A DNA stretch of 64,000 nucleotides from an uncultured Planctomycetota bacterium (GCA_963823665.1 CAWGMQ010000010.1:1600001-1664000); one strand, 5' to 3'; shown: positions 40,626-51,478, numbered from the stretch's first letter. Translations and numbers: made by a program. The notes: generated from the letters alone by a model not told the origin.

Positions 40626-43600
40626 ATGGCGATTTCGTTCTCGCTTCGTGATTGGGCCGCTGGGCGCGGCTTGCGCGGTTCCTTGCGTTGGAGCAGCCGC
40701 AGTCGGTCGAAGCGGCAACTGATCCTCGAGGGGCTCGAGGATCGGATCACTCTGACGACCGACGTTTGGACGGGCGCCGCGGCAGCGGCGCAGCAAGACT
40801 ACAGTTGGTCGAACGCCAATAACTGGTCGGACAAGGCTCCGCAGAGCGGCCAGGATCTGATTTTCCCAACTGCAACCGGCTCGACCTTTGTACCGGTGGT
40901 GCCGATCCTTAACGATCTCGCGAACATGACGTTCAGCTCGATCGAGATCGACGCCGCGGGCTACACGATCGGCGGCGATGCAATCAGTTTGAGCTCGGCC
41001 ATGCCACTCATCGCGAATTACGCGGGCATCTCGGCATACAACATCAACACGAATCTGGGAGCCAACGACGGTGTCTCGGTCGCCGCCGGCGGTGATCTCG
41101 ATATCAATGGGATCGTCACTGGCAGCAAAGGCCTCGACCTGACGGGCGGCGGCACGATCAGCGGAACGGGTCAGGTGCCCACGCTGACGGTCGAAGGGAG
41201 CGCCGTTCAGCCCGGAACTCTCGGCGTCGGCAAGCTTTCCGTCGACGGAATCGCCGCTTTTGATTCGGCCAGCACGTTCTCGACAAACATCACCGGGCCA
41301 GCGACCTATGGCACGCTCTTCACGACCGGTAGCACGATTTCCCCGGTGACCCTTCTTGACCCTACTCTCACGGCCACGGTCGCCGCGGGTTACAACCCCA
41401 CGCCGGGGACTTCGTTCACGATCATCCAGGGGGCAGTCGTCGGTGGGTTCAACACGCTACCCGAGGGGTCGTATTACACGCCCACCGCCGGCGGACCAAC
41501 TTTCCAGGTGACGTATGATTCGGGTGTCGTGTTGACCGCCGTCGTGCCCACGACGCTCTCGCTCAGCGTGCGGAGCGGCAACTCGACAAGCGTCTTCGGC
41601 CAAAGTGTGACTTTCACCGCCACGATCAGTGGCACCGGCGGCACACCGACGGGAACGGTGACGTTCGACAACAACGGCGTCCCGATTGGTACCCCCGTGA
41701 ATGTGGGCCTAGGCGGAGTCACGTCGCTCACGACCTCGCAGCTCCCCGTCGGTACGGATGCGATCACCGCCACTTACAGCGGCGATACCAGGTTCACCTC
41801 CAGCACCGCGACGGCAATCGTTCAGACGGTCGACGAGGATTCGACCGTCACGACCGTCAGCTCGACGGCGAATCCCAGCGCGATCGGCCAGAACGTGACC
41901 TTCACCGCGAAGGTGACGCCCGTTTCGCCTGGGGGAGGAACGCCGACCGGTACAGTCACGTTTTACGATGGCACCACCCCGCTGACCGCGGTCTTGCTCG
42001 CTGGCGGCGTGGCCACGTACCCGACCTCCACACTCACCATGGGGCTCCACCCCATATCCGTCGTCTACGACGGCGACGACAACTTCCTCGGCAGTGTCTC
42101 GACAACGCTTAACCAGAATGTCAACCGGTCGATCTCGACCACGACGATCGCCTCGTCGGTCAACCCCAGCACGTTCGGACAAGGCGTGACGTTCACCGCC
42201 CTGGTGGCGGCCTCCGGCGGCGCGAGCGGGACGCCGACCGGCTCGGTCACGTTCTTCGACGGCATAACATCCCTGGCGACGGAGCCGCTCGATGGCGACA
42301 TTGCCATGTACTCCACGACGAGCCTTTCGCGCGGCAGTCACCAGATCACTGCGCAGTACATTGGCGATTCCCAGTTCGCCGCCAGCACTTCGGCCGTCGT
42401 CTCCCAGGCCGTGAACCAGGCGAACACAACGACCGCGGTCACGCCGTCGCCCGCCGCGAGCAACCCGGGCCAGAGCGTGACGTTCACGGCACTGGTCATG
42501 CCCACCGCGCCCGGAAACGGCGTGCCAACCGGTGGGGTCACATTCTATGACGGCTCGACCCAGATCGGCAGCACGACGAACTTGAGTTCCGGCAGTGCCA
42601 GCGTCTCGGTATCGGACCTCGCGGTGGGCAGCCATTCCATCACGGCCGATTATGCGGGAGACGGTGTCGACTTCGTTGGCAGCATCTCGAACCCGGTCAT
42701 CGAGCTTGTCGGCGGCACCACGGTTGCCCTGCTCGCGTCGAATAACCCCATCACATTCGGCCAGAGCGTGACCTTCACCGCAACGGTCGCGGCTGCCGCG
42801 GCAGGCAGCAGTGTGCCGACCGGATCGGTCACCTTCATGGACGGCACCCAGTCCCTGGGCACGTTCACCCTCAACGACTCGGGTGCCGCCAGCTTGACCA
42901 CAGCGAGCCTGAGCGGCGGCACACACGCGATCACGGCGGTCTACGGAGGTGCCACTGACTTCGCCGCGAACACGTCGAGCGAGACCGACGAGATCGTGAA
43001 CCAGGCGACCACGACCACGACGGTTTCTCCATCGGTGAAGGAGAGCACCTTCGGCCAGACCGTGACTTTCACCGCGACCGTCACGGGATTCGTGGGGTCG
43101 CCCGCCGGCTCGGTGACATTCACGGACGGGAACAAGATCCTGGCGACTGTCCCTGTCAATGCGGCTGGTGTCGCGGTGTACTCGTCGAGCACGCTCGCAG
43201 TCGGATTGCATACCCTTGGCTTCGCGTATGGCGGGACCGCGTCCTACGCTCCCTCTTCCCCAAGCTCCACTCTGGCTTTCACCGTCAGCCAGGCATCGAC
43301 GACGATGGTCTTGACGAGTTCATCGGCCACGCCATTAGTGGGCCAGCCGGTGACCTTCACGGCAACAATCGCGCCCGGCGCGGGCTCTCCCACAGGCGTG
43401 GTGGCCTTCAGCGACGGTTCGTCCGTGATCGGCACCGTGCCGGTTTCCGGCGGCGTAGCATCGCTGACCGTCGCATTCCCCGCGGCCGGAGTGTCGCACG
43501 TGATTGTGGCCTCGTATGAAGGCAGCACGGACTATGCTTCGAGCGATTCGACGGGCGACACAGTCAGCGTCGCGCAAGCAACGCCCACCGCGACCTTGAT

Positions 43601-43892
43601 CGTCATTCCCAAATTCGTGCGCAAGACGGCCAAGAGCGTGACGTTGGAAGTTTCGGTGCCGGCGGAGTTCGTCGGCGGCCCTGTGCCGACTGGATCCGTC
43701 ACGTTCGACATCGGCAAGCGCAAGTTGCGGACCGTGCACCTGGTCAACGGCTCGGCGTCTGTCGTGGTCGCCGTGGGCAAGGTGACCGGGCAAAGCGTCG
43801 TCGGGCGTTATCTTGGCGATACGAACTACGCGCCGGCGGCATCGAGCACGGTGCATGTCACGAAGAAGCTTCTCAAATCCAAGCCGGCGTGA
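40626..43892 (+). CDS. Large surface protein with LEPR-XLL-type N-terminus and about 8 bacterial Ig-like repeats
   Basis: LILEGLEDRITLT; repeated NPSTFGQ.VTFTA.V...PTGSVTF.DG...G.H.ITA.Y.GD; ATG 40626 with GGAGG. Confidence 0.92.
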   Translation: MAISFSLRDWAAGRGLRGSLRWSSRSRSKRQLILEGLEDRITLTTDVWTGAAAAAQQDYSWSNANNWSDKAPQSGQDLIFPTATGSTFVPVVPILNDLANMTFSSIEIDAAGYTIGGDAISLSSAMPLIANYAGISAYNINTNLGANDGVSVAAGGDLDINGIVTGSKGLDLTGGGTISGTGQVPTLTVEGSAVQPGTLGVGKLSVDGIAAFDSASTFSTNITGPATYGTLFTTGSTISPVTLLDPTLTATVAAGYNPTPGTSFTIIQGAVVGGFNTLPEGSYYTPTAGGPTFQVTYDSGVVLTAVVPTTLSLSVRSGNSTSVFGQSVTFTATISGTGGTPTGTVTFDNNGVPIGTPVNVGLGGVTSLTTSQLPVGTDAITATYSGDTRFTSSTATAIVQTVDEDSTVTTVSSTANPSAIGQNVTFTAKVTPVSPGGGTPTGTVTFYDGTTPLTAVLLAGGVATYPTSTLTMGLHPISVVYDGDDNFLGSVSTTLNQNVNRSISTTTIASSVNPSTFGQGVTFTALVAASGGASGTPTGSVTFFDGITSLATEPLDGDIAMYSTTSLSRGSHQITAQYIGDSQFAASTSAVVSQAVNQANTTTAVTPSPAASNPGQSVTFTALVMPTAPGNGVPTGGVTFYDGSTQIGSTTNLSSGSASVSVSDLAVGSHSITADYAGDGVDFVGSISNPVIELVGGTTVALLASNNPITFGQSVTFTATVAAAAAGSSVPTGSVTFMDGTQSLGTFTLNDSGAASLTTASLSGGTHAITAVYGGATDFAANTSSETDEIVNQATTTTTVSPSVKESTFGQTVTFTATVTGFVGSPAGSVTFTDGNKILATVPVNAAGVAVYSSSTLAVGLHTLGFAYGGTASYAPSSPSSTLAFTVSQASTTMVLTSSSATPLVGQPVTFTATIAPGAGSPTGVVAFSDGSSVIGTVPVSGGVASLTVAFPAAGVSHVIVASYEGSTDYASSDSTGDTVSVAQATPTATLIVIPKFVRKTAKSVTLEVSVPAEFVGGPVPTGSVTFDIGKRKLRTVHLVNGSASVVVAVGKVTGQSVVGRYLGDTNYAPAASSTVHVTKKLLKSKPA

Positions 43893-44078
43893 TCAATCAG
43901 GACGGGTCTTGGATTGACGGCAGGTTCTCGTTCGGCATCGATTTCATTGGGTCCCTGGCGCACATCGACCAGCCGGTCATCACGGCGTCGCGGGGAAGCG
44001 CCCGCGCGAACCGCGAGAGCTTGCGGTGTGTCGTGGGAAGCTAGAGTTTCCCTCACGCCCATAGTGGAGATCCAGCTC

Positions 44079-44564
44079 ATGAATACCGCACCCACGTCAG
44101 AACTTCTCGCCGCCTACCTCGACGGGCCGCCCAGCTTGCGGCGAATTGTCTCCGACATGACCACCGAACAGCTCAGGGCTCGGCCGGTCGCGGGTAAATG
44201 GAGCACGCTCGAAGTGGTGTGTCATCTGGTCGACAGTGAGCAGGCGTGGTGCCACCGCATGAAGCGCGTGATCGCCGAGCAGAATCCGCTGATCATCGGC
44301 TACGACGAGACTCGGTTCACAGCCGCCCTCGCGTATCATGCGCATGACCTCGAAGAGGAGCTGACATTACTCGATTGCATGCGCAAACAAATGGCGCGTG
44401 TTCTCGCCGGCGTTTCGGCCGAGGCGTGGTCTCGCGCCTGTGTGCACAGCGAGCGTGGGCTGATGACCCTCGCGGAAATGCTCAAAGCCGAGGTCGATCA
44501 CATTCCGCATCACATCCGACACATCGGTGAAAAACGCGCGGCGCTGGGGCTGGCTGCCAGGTAG
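44079..44564 (+). CDS. DinB/YfiT-like protein
   Basis: GKWSTLEVVCHLVDSE ... DHIPHHIRHI metal-binding His pattern. Confidence 0.9.
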   Translation: MNTAPTSELLAAYLDGPPSLRRIVSDMTTEQLRARPVAGKWSTLEVVCHLVDSEQAWCHRMKRVIAEQNPLIIGYDETRFTAALAYHAHDLEEELTLLDCMRKQMARVLAGVSAEAWSRACVHSERGLMTLAEMLKAEVDHIPHHIRHIGEKRAALGLAAR

Positions 44565-44608
44565 GGCGGTGGGATTCGGTTACTGGATGACCAGCATCGG
44601 GTGAGCCG

Positions 44609-45004
44609 TCACTCGTCATACTGGGCGAGCTGCTCCTGGAGATCGTCGAACAGCCGCTCTGGCGTCACGACGATCCCGCGCTCCGCCGTCGTCGGGAAAA
44701 CGGCGACCATCCGGCCGTCACGAGTCATTCCAGGAGTCCATTTTTCGATCCAGTGATCGAGTGGAATGGCAGCCGGCTCGGCTCCAGCCCAATCGCCCTC
44801 GGCGAATGCCTGCGCGTAGCGACTGTGAGGCCAGACGGGCAGGCATTCACGGCCGTCGGGATCGCCCAGCACCACCCAGCCGGACGCGGCCTTCAGGCTC
44901 CAGATCTCCTTCCAGTCGGCGGCCTGACGGACGAAGTGGCCGTAGCGCTCGGGCGCGGGCAAGGCGATGACGGCGGCATATTCTTGGTCGCTGACCTTTT
45001 TCAT
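44609..45004 (-). CDS. DUF2750-like protein
   Basis: RYGHFVRQAADWKEIWSL..GWV, LPVWP..YA, W....P.AIPLDHWIEKW.PGM..DG..VAVFP. Confidence 0.8.
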   Translation of the reverse strand: MKKVSDQEYAAVIALPAPERYGHFVRQAADWKEIWSLKAASGWVVLGDPDGRECLPVWPHSRYAQAFAEGDWAGAEPAAIPLDHWIEKWTPGMTRDGRMVAVFPTTAERGIVVTPERLFDDLQEQLAQYDE

Positions 45005-45703
45005 GGCTGTATCCGCGGAAAACCTGGATCGGACCGAGGACTTCGGATTCGTCAAAATCGGTTTCGCTGTTTCACGCAGGGATTCTTCGTTTGGGCAGAT
45101 TCAATCCCGCTGCGAATCGATTTGATTCTCGCACGAACGTCTCTGACGCGCCTCGTGGAGTTCCACGCCTCAACGAACAAGCGTGAAATGGTCCGGGGTC
45201 TGCCTTCCCACCGGTGTCGCCTCTCCGCGAGTTGTGATCGTTCGGTCGCACCAGGGTCAGAATGACGAAAGCGTATCACCCAAAGCCATCGCCAACCGGC
45301 GAACAGAGGGCGATGACGGCAAAACCGTGCTGTGGCTGGTCATTGTCCGCGCGAACCGCTTGGGCCGCCTGTCAGTCGCTGTCTTGCCCAAGAGTTCATG
45401 CGGACAACGACGTAGACATCGAACGCAGACGTGGCTCCCAGGAATTTGTCCCAATAATTCTCCCGATCAGCGCCTCATCCGTAACCGGGGGGCATCATCG
45501 GCGCGCCGTCGAAGGAGCAGCGAGTGGTCTGGGCGTGCGCCTGGCTTGCTCCCTTTGTCGCAGAGTGAGAACGACCAGGAGGAGCACTGCGAACATTGCC
45601 ACGACGACCATCAGACGCCCGATCGAAACCCTGAAACGATCCGCACCCCAGATGTAATGGTGGGCTTTAGCCCGGAGACCTGGGCAGGGCTCTGCCGCTT
45701 CCC

Positions 45704-45763
45704 GCGAACCGGTGCGAGTCAGGTGTGTCTAGCTTCCCCCGGAACCCACTCCAGAGATTGAGT
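45704..45763 (+). repeat. Single copy of repeat family R2
   Basis: ACCGGTGCGAGTCAGGTGTGTCTAGCTTCCCCCGGAACCCACTCCAGAGA aligns with 47421-47470. Confidence 0.8.
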
Positions 45764-46041
45764 GTTTTGCTCTCTTATCATGGCGGGAACTATGCAGCAG
45801 TTCTGAAAGCATGATGTCCCGGAGACCAAGGAGAACGTCGGGGACTGGATCAACCTGACCCCCAGGAGGATCATCGGCGGACAGTCTTCACGAAAACCAT
45901 GCTGAATCTTGCTCTTTCGTTACTTGAATCTTCGTCATTGTTTGGCAGAATAGATGTGCGCCCGGTCAAATCCAGCAAAGCGTCATTTCGAATGGTTAGC
46001 AAGCAGGTGCGCAGGGATGCAGCGTAACGGAGTCAATTCCT

Positions 46042-46353
46042 GTGGCTCAGAAGTTCCACGTGGCCCGTCGTCAGGTCGCGATTACCAACGTCCTCGGGCT
46101 CCATCTGAGAGCCGCCGACAAGTTCGTGAGATTGGCGCAAGCGTTCCAGTCCGATGTCAAAGTTCGCAGCAACGGCATCATTGCGGACGGCAGGAGCATA
46201 CTAGACCTGCTCAGCCTCGCCGCCGATTGCGGAACGATGCTGGCTGTGGAAGCCCAGGGTTTTGACGCCGAGGATGCCGTTGCCGCTCTGGCTAACTTGA
46301 TCTCGGCTCAGCCTCATGAGTCTGCGGATCAAATTGGGTTAAGGGCGGGTTAG
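46042..46353 (+). CDS. ptsH: HPr phosphocarrier protein
   Basis: GLHLRAA (His15 motif) and DGRSIL (Ser46 motif). Confidence 0.9.
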   Translation: MAQKFHVARRQVAITNVLGLHLRAADKFVRLAQAFQSDVKVRSNGIIADGRSILDLLSLAADCGTMLAVEAQGFDAEDAVAALANLISAQPHESADQIGLRAG

Positions 46354-46538
46354 AGCCAGGAGGAGCCAGACTCCCGACCTCTGGTCACGCGGAGGCAGAC
46401 ACCCACCGCTCGGCCACTACAGGCCTTGGTTTTTGTCCGTCTGCTATCCCAAGGCCGTGACGTGCGGCCGGCGCCGCCGACGCCGCTCGACGCCGTGTTT
46501 TGATCCCCCGCCCTCGCGATCGCCGCCGCGGTTAAACG

Positions 46539-46970
46539 TCAGTCGAGAAAGACGCTCGGCGGAACTCCAAAGTATTCGGCGAGAATGCCGACCTGCCGGC
46601 GCGTCAGCTTCTTCTTTCCGTGGATGACCTCAGAAATCGTCGACATCGGCATGTCGACATCGGCCGAAAGTTTCGCCTGCGTAATACCCCGAGCTTCGAT
46701 TAAATAATAAAGCATATCTGCATCCCATAGGGGAGACATCGGACAATGTTCGGTCTCGTATCTCTCAACGATATCGGTAAGGACATCAAGGTAATCTTGT
46801 TCGCCGCGGGAGAGCTTACCCCGGACGATCAACGAATTGATCACCTTGATAGCCGGGTCCAATTCGCGGTCTGATCGCAGATGTCTGAGGGGAAACGCCT
46901 GCACGAGCTCGAGGTAGCGGTGCTTTCCGTCCTCGTCGGTTGCAGCTCGCTTTCTGGCTGCGACACTCAT
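46539..46970 (-). CDS. higA: HigA-like HTH antitoxin
   Basis: YLDVLTDIVERYE..H, GITQAKL, STISEVIHGKKKLT, LAEYFGV. Confidence 0.85.
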   Translation of the reverse strand: MSVAARKRAATDEDGKHRYLELVQAFPLRHLRSDRELDPAIKVINSLIVRGKLSRGEQDYLDVLTDIVERYETEHCPMSPLWDADMLYYLIEARGITQAKLSADVDMPMSTISEVIHGKKKLTRRQVGILAEYFGVPPSVFLD

Positions 46971-47016
46971 GTCAATCTCCATTAGAATATAATTGCGAGG
47001 GATAATATTTGCATCC

Positions 47017-47135
47017 CTAGCCTAAGTCGGAAGCCTTTTTCTCCTTCTCGATTTGTTGGTCGATTTCCTTGAGATCCAGTTTGTCGTATTCCGCGTGCGT
47101 GAAAATGCCAAACACGTGGACGATACCCCGTTTTC
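47017..47135 (-). pseudogene. 3' remnant of a HigB-like toxin
   Basis: KRGIVHVFGIFTHAEYDK is the HigB-type C-terminal motif; no recognisable N-terminal part upstream. Confidence 0.75.
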
Positions 47136-47179
47136 GTAAATTTACGAAAGTCAACGCCGCGTTTCGTAAAACACGAAAA
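47132..47179 (-). promoter_or_regulatory. Candidate TA operator pair and -35 box
   Basis: Perfect 18-bp palindrome TTTCGTAAATTTACGAAA (47132-47149), imperfect copy at 47162-47179, TTGACT on the minus strand (47154-47149). Confidence 0.65.
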
Positions 47180-47416
47180 CTGGAATCGACCGAGCCGCTG
47201 CCGGCGGAGTGTATCGACACCGGCGATCGGTCACCGCCTGCGATTCCATCCCAACGGCGTTGAACAATGTGTCCTGGCCCTCGACGGGGTCCTCTTTCCG
47301 GTCGCCGTCTACGCCACGAAGGCCGCTTGCAAGCGACTTCTACGGTGGCGTCATCACTTTAACCTCTGAAGTACTGTGCCCGGCGTCGGCCGCGAGGCAT
47401 CCGGCAATCGCGGGGC

Positions 47417-47648
47417 GCGCACCGGTGCGAGTCACGTGTGCCTGGCTTTTCCCTGAACCAGTCCAGAGAATGATGGCTGGCTCCTCTGGCTTCTCTCCGA
47501 GTCACGTGTGCCTGGCTTTTCCCGGAACCGAGTCCAGAGAGTGCGTGTCTGGCTTCCCTGGCTTTTCCCGGAACCGAGTCCAGAGAGTGCGTGTCTGGCT
47601 TCCCTGGCTTCCCGGAACCGAGTCCAGAGAGTGCGTGTCTGGCTTCCC
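47417..47648 (+). repeat. Tandem array of family R2 (CGGAACCGAGTCCAGAGAGTGCGTGTCTGGCTTCCC x3 plus two CGAGTCACGTGTGCCTGGCTTTTCC units)
   Basis: Directly visible; period about 44-46 bp; no unique spacers. Confidence 0.92.
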
Positions 47649-47893
47649 TCTGTTGCAATTTGGTCGGGTTGCGAATATTCTTAGTGTGGTCGGACGTTAG
47701 TCAGACTAATCTGCGACGTTCGGCGTTCAATCGACGAGGAAGCGCCCGGGGTTACTTTGGTGAGCTGTTTCGCCGACATTTGATGGACTGTCCGGTCGTC
47801 GCCTGCGTCGTGTTTGATGCCGTCGGTACCCCGACGGACGCCAACTTTCAGCGGAACGAGACTTCACGAGACCATCGTGGGAGAGACCACATC

Positions 47894-49360
47894 ATGAAAC
47901 GATTGTGTGGCGCGCTGTGTTGGATCGTGCTGCTGACTGTTATCGTGCCCCTCGGATACCGGGCAACCCGCTGGTTGCTGCGGTACGACTGGGAACCGAA
48001 AGCTGACGCCGTGGCGTCGGAGGCCGGACGCGATCTATTTCTCCACGAGTGGACGCCCGGCGATCCGCTGGCCGCCAAAGGCGACGGTTTGGGGCCCGTC
48101 TTCAACGCGTCCTCTTGCGCCGCCTGCCACCAGCAAGGGGGAGCCGGAGGGAGCGGGTCGATGGAGCATAACGTCACGGTCTTTACCCGAGCGCCCAAAG
48201 CCGGCGCAGGAGCCACCCGCGGCGTGATCCATCAATTTGCGATCGACGCGGCATCTCAGGAAACGCTCCAGAATATCTCCTCGCAATTTCCGAAAAAGAG
48301 CCGGCCGACACTTGCGGATCTGACGGCGCTTCTACCCAAGCCCGCCAATCCGTCCGCCGGCGTCCAACCCATCCGAGCTGTCACTGTCGCTATCCCCGAA
48401 ATCGACATGGGCCAGCGCAACACGCCTTCGCTCTTCGGCGCAAGCGTCATCGACGCGATCCCGGACGCGGCCATCCTGGCCAACGAGCGCAATCAGCGCC
48501 TGAAGCTCCGCCTGTCGGCTTTCAATGGCGGGGAAATTCCCGCCGGGCGCGCCGCGAAGTTGTCCCGCAAGCGAATCGGAAAATTCGGTTGGAAGGCCAA
48601 CATCGGAAACCTGGCCGAGTTCGTGCGGGTCGCGTGCGCCAACGAGCTGGGGCTCGGCAATCCCTTGCAGGCCCAGCCGGCATCGCTGTCGCAACCAGAG
48701 TATCGTCCCCGCGGACTCGATCTCACGGACCAGCAGTGCGATCAGATGACGGCCTTCATCGCCTCGCTGCCGCGGCCCCGGGAAGTGATCCCCGCCTCCG
48801 CGGCCGAGGCCGCCCGCGCCGTCGCAGGCAAACAGCACTTCAAGCAAATCGGCTGCATCAACTGCCACACTGCCGATCTGGCCGAGGCACAAGGGATCTA
48901 CAGCGATTTGCTGCTGCACCAGATGGGGGAGGGGCTCGGCGGTGGTGGATCCTACGGAGAAGAGCCCTCGGACCCGTCAGCGGACCCGGACTCGGGCGGT
49001 GACTCGACGTCCCCAAGCGAATGGCGCACACCGCCGCTGTGGGGTATTGCAGATTCCGCGCCCTATCTTCACGACGGCCGAGCAGCGACCCTGGCCGAGG
49101 CCATCAAGCTGCACGCCGGTCAGGCGTCGTCTTCCGCGAATCGCTTCGAGGGTCTCTCCGACGTCCAGCAAGAAGAGCTGGTTGCGTTCCTGAACACGCT
49201 GCGAGCCCCGAGTCTTGAGTGCGAGAGGCCCCAAATGGTGAAGGGCCAAATAGCAAATCGTTCGGCCGCTCGCTCTGCCTTCGGGAACTTGTTCAAGGTA
49301 ACCGTCGCACCCCTGGACGCGGATTCGTTTCCCCTCGCCGCGAATTCGAGTCGTCGGTGA
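47894..49360 (+). CDS. Di-heme oxidoreductase (DHOR-like) c-type cytochrome
   Basis: DGLGPVFNASSCAACH, RNTPSLFG, GKFGWKA, GCINCH, YSDLLLHQMG, EWRTPPLWG, YLHDGRA. Confidence 0.9.
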   Translation: MKRLCGALCWIVLLTVIVPLGYRATRWLLRYDWEPKADAVASEAGRDLFLHEWTPGDPLAAKGDGLGPVFNASSCAACHQQGGAGGSGSMEHNVTVFTRAPKAGAGATRGVIHQFAIDAASQETLQNISSQFPKKSRPTLADLTALLPKPANPSAGVQPIRAVTVAIPEIDMGQRNTPSLFGASVIDAIPDAAILANERNQRLKLRLSAFNGGEIPAGRAAKLSRKRIGKFGWKANIGNLAEFVRVACANELGLGNPLQAQPASLSQPEYRPRGLDLTDQQCDQMTAFIASLPRPREVIPASAAEAARAVAGKQHFKQIGCINCHTADLAEAQGIYSDLLLHQMGEGLGGGGSYGEEPSDPSADPDSGGDSTSPSEWRTPPLWGIADSAPYLHDGRAATLAEAIKLHAGQASSSANRFEGLSDVQQEELVAFLNTLRAPSLECERPQMVKGQIANRSAARSAFGNLFKVTVAPLDADSFPLAANSSRR

Positions 49361-49479
49361 AGTTCGAGTCGTCGGTGAAAGCCGCAGCGCCGGGCTGCCC
49401 CACGCTGCGGCTGACTTCGACCGGGCCTGACTACCGGGCATTGTTTTGCCGCGGCCTGGAGAACGCCTGATGGGCAAGT

Positions 49480-51464
49480 TTGGCGGGCGGGTTCTCGCGG
49501 CCTGGGGAGCGGGGGGTTTATTCGTTCGCCTTTCGTCCGCCCCGCGCCCTGTTCTTGTGGGTCCTCGTCGTTGTCGCCTTGATGCTGGCCGCGCCTCACG
49601 GGGCTTTTGCGTCGGGCGAGGAGCGGACGACGGTCGGGGATGACCTCGTGATTCGCACGGACACGCGCTGGGCGGGAGGGACTCTCGGTGGCTATCTTCC
49701 TGTGCGAGTGGAGATTGCAAATCAGGGTCCCCGCGCGAGCTAGTGCTCGAAGTCACGCCCGCCGACCGGGCGCACGGGGCGACCGTCAAGCGAGTCGTTG
49801 GCGTGGGTGAGCGCGCAACCACGCGTTTCACGCTTTCCATTCCGCTCACGGCGTTCGGACAGGGGCGGCTCCGCGTCTACGACGGGCGAGGCGAGCTGGA
49901 ATCGCACGTGCGTCTCATCGGGGGCGCGGGGTTTTTCGGCGGGGGGACAGCGCCTGCGATGCTCGTGGTCTCGTCCCGGCCGGTCGATTGTACGAGTTAC
50001 ATCACGGCGGCCGGCGGACCGCGCGACGCGACGTTTGGCCCGCCGAACGCGTCCGCGCTTGCGGAAGTGGTTCCACCGGCCAGCTTGCCCGATTCGTGGA
50101 TTGATTTTAGCGGACTCGACCTCGTCGCCATTTCGCGCGACGACCTCGCGGACCTCAAGCCGCCGGTACGATCGGCGGTCTTGAAATGGGTCCATTGCGG
50201 CGGAAATCTGATTGTTCACCAGGCGGGCAAGACCTCCAAGGACGTTGAGATGCTCGAGCGCCTGCTCGAATTCAACAAAAACGCGGCGGGCGACGCGAAA
50301 TGGATCGAGTCGCGTCCGCCTGTTGCGACTCGCCCACTCATGCTCGGACTGGTCTGCGCCTTTCCCGATCAATTGCCCGATTCGCCGACCGCCTGGACCG
50401 CATTCTTGAGCATCGTCGGCGTGCCTCGCTCCTCGTGGACGCAGCGGCATGGCATCGCGCCCGATTTCGGGACCCAGGAATTCTTCAATTTCATGAATCC
50501 CGGCATCCGCGGCGTTCCCGTCTATGGCTTCATGGTCTTGATCACCGCTTTCGCTGTCTTGATCGGGCCCGTGAATTATTTCTACCTCCGGCGCAAGAGA
50601 TTGTTATGGCTGCTCCTTGTCACGGTGCCAGCCACGGCTCTCGTGACAAGTGTGCTGCTCGTTGGATATGCGGTAGCCGCGCACGGGTTTAGCATCAGGT
50701 CGCGGATCCGCAGCCTGACGGTGCTCGACCAGAAGAGCCATAGGGCGGTGACGGTCGCGCGGTTGGCTCTCTTTGCCGGTGTGGCGCCGGCGCGCGGCAT
50801 GCAGTTTTCCCCGGAAACGGCCGTCTATCCGGTGTTCCCGCCAACAGCCGAGCCGGGCGCGTTCACCGTCGACTGGACCGAGAACCAAGCCCTGACGTCA
50901 GGCTGGCTGTTGTCGCGGACACGAACGCAATTCTTGACCATTCGCCATGCCGAGCAGCCAGAGCGCGTCGACATCAAACCGGGACAAGACGGGGGCCTCG
51001 CGATCTCCAACGGCTTGCCTTGGGAGCTGGAGGCCGTACTTGTCGCCGACGAGTCGGGCCGGCTTTCGTCGGCGCGGAATGTTTTGCCGAAGGCATCCGA
51101 GCCGCTCGCCGACCTTTCGGAGACGGATCGGTCGGACTTTGTCCAGCTCTTGGGCCGGAACCGTCCTGAGCTTCCCGAGAATTTCAGCTTCTCCGTTCTC
51201 AATCCGATGTTTGGCGGCCGGCTGAGACGATTCAATATGTTCGGCCGTTTTCCAGATGCGCATTTCGATTCGAATCTGATGGAGCGGCTGATTCAAACGT
51301 GGTCGAGAGACCTTACTCCAAAGGGTGCTTTCCTCTTGGGCAAAAAGACGTGCCTCTCGCCGCGCTCCTTCCTGGCGGTCCTCCGCCAGAATCCCGGGGT
51401 CGAGACGGGAGTCGGAGTAACTACCGAACAAGCAGGCTACCACTTACTGCTCGGCTACTACTGA
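49480..51464 (+). CDS. Membrane protein with glutamine-amidotransferase-like extracellular domain, ABC-associated; frameshift near 49735
   Basis: ORF 49480 (signal peptide, GGYLPVRVEIAN) joins ORF 49743 (LPDSW..FSGLD, WVHCGGNL, LIGPVNYFYLRR). Confidence 0.75.
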
Positions 51465-51478
51465 GCTGACTGCGGACG

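Noticed and set aside
41709..43211. Long antisense or alternate-frame ORFs (also 30764-31990, 29856-30839, 33328-34263, 22510-23586, 39563-40651)
   Set aside because: These are shadows of well-supported genes, expected in high-GC DNA, and carry no recognisable motifs.
45500..45660. Minus-strand segment FRVSIGRLMVVVAMFAVLLLVVLTLR resembling planctomycete small membrane proteins
   Set aside because: An in-frame TAA lies just upstream and no convincing start precedes the motif; at best a fragment.
47417..47648. Possible CRISPR array (also 4433-4550 and 1046-1160)
   Set aside because: Units are contiguous or separated by repeat-derived sequence; there are no unique spacers and no cas genes.
49344..49379. 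Short tandem duplication TTCGAGTCGTCGGTGAA at the DHOR stop
   Set aside because: Only two copies with no associated element; probably local slippage.
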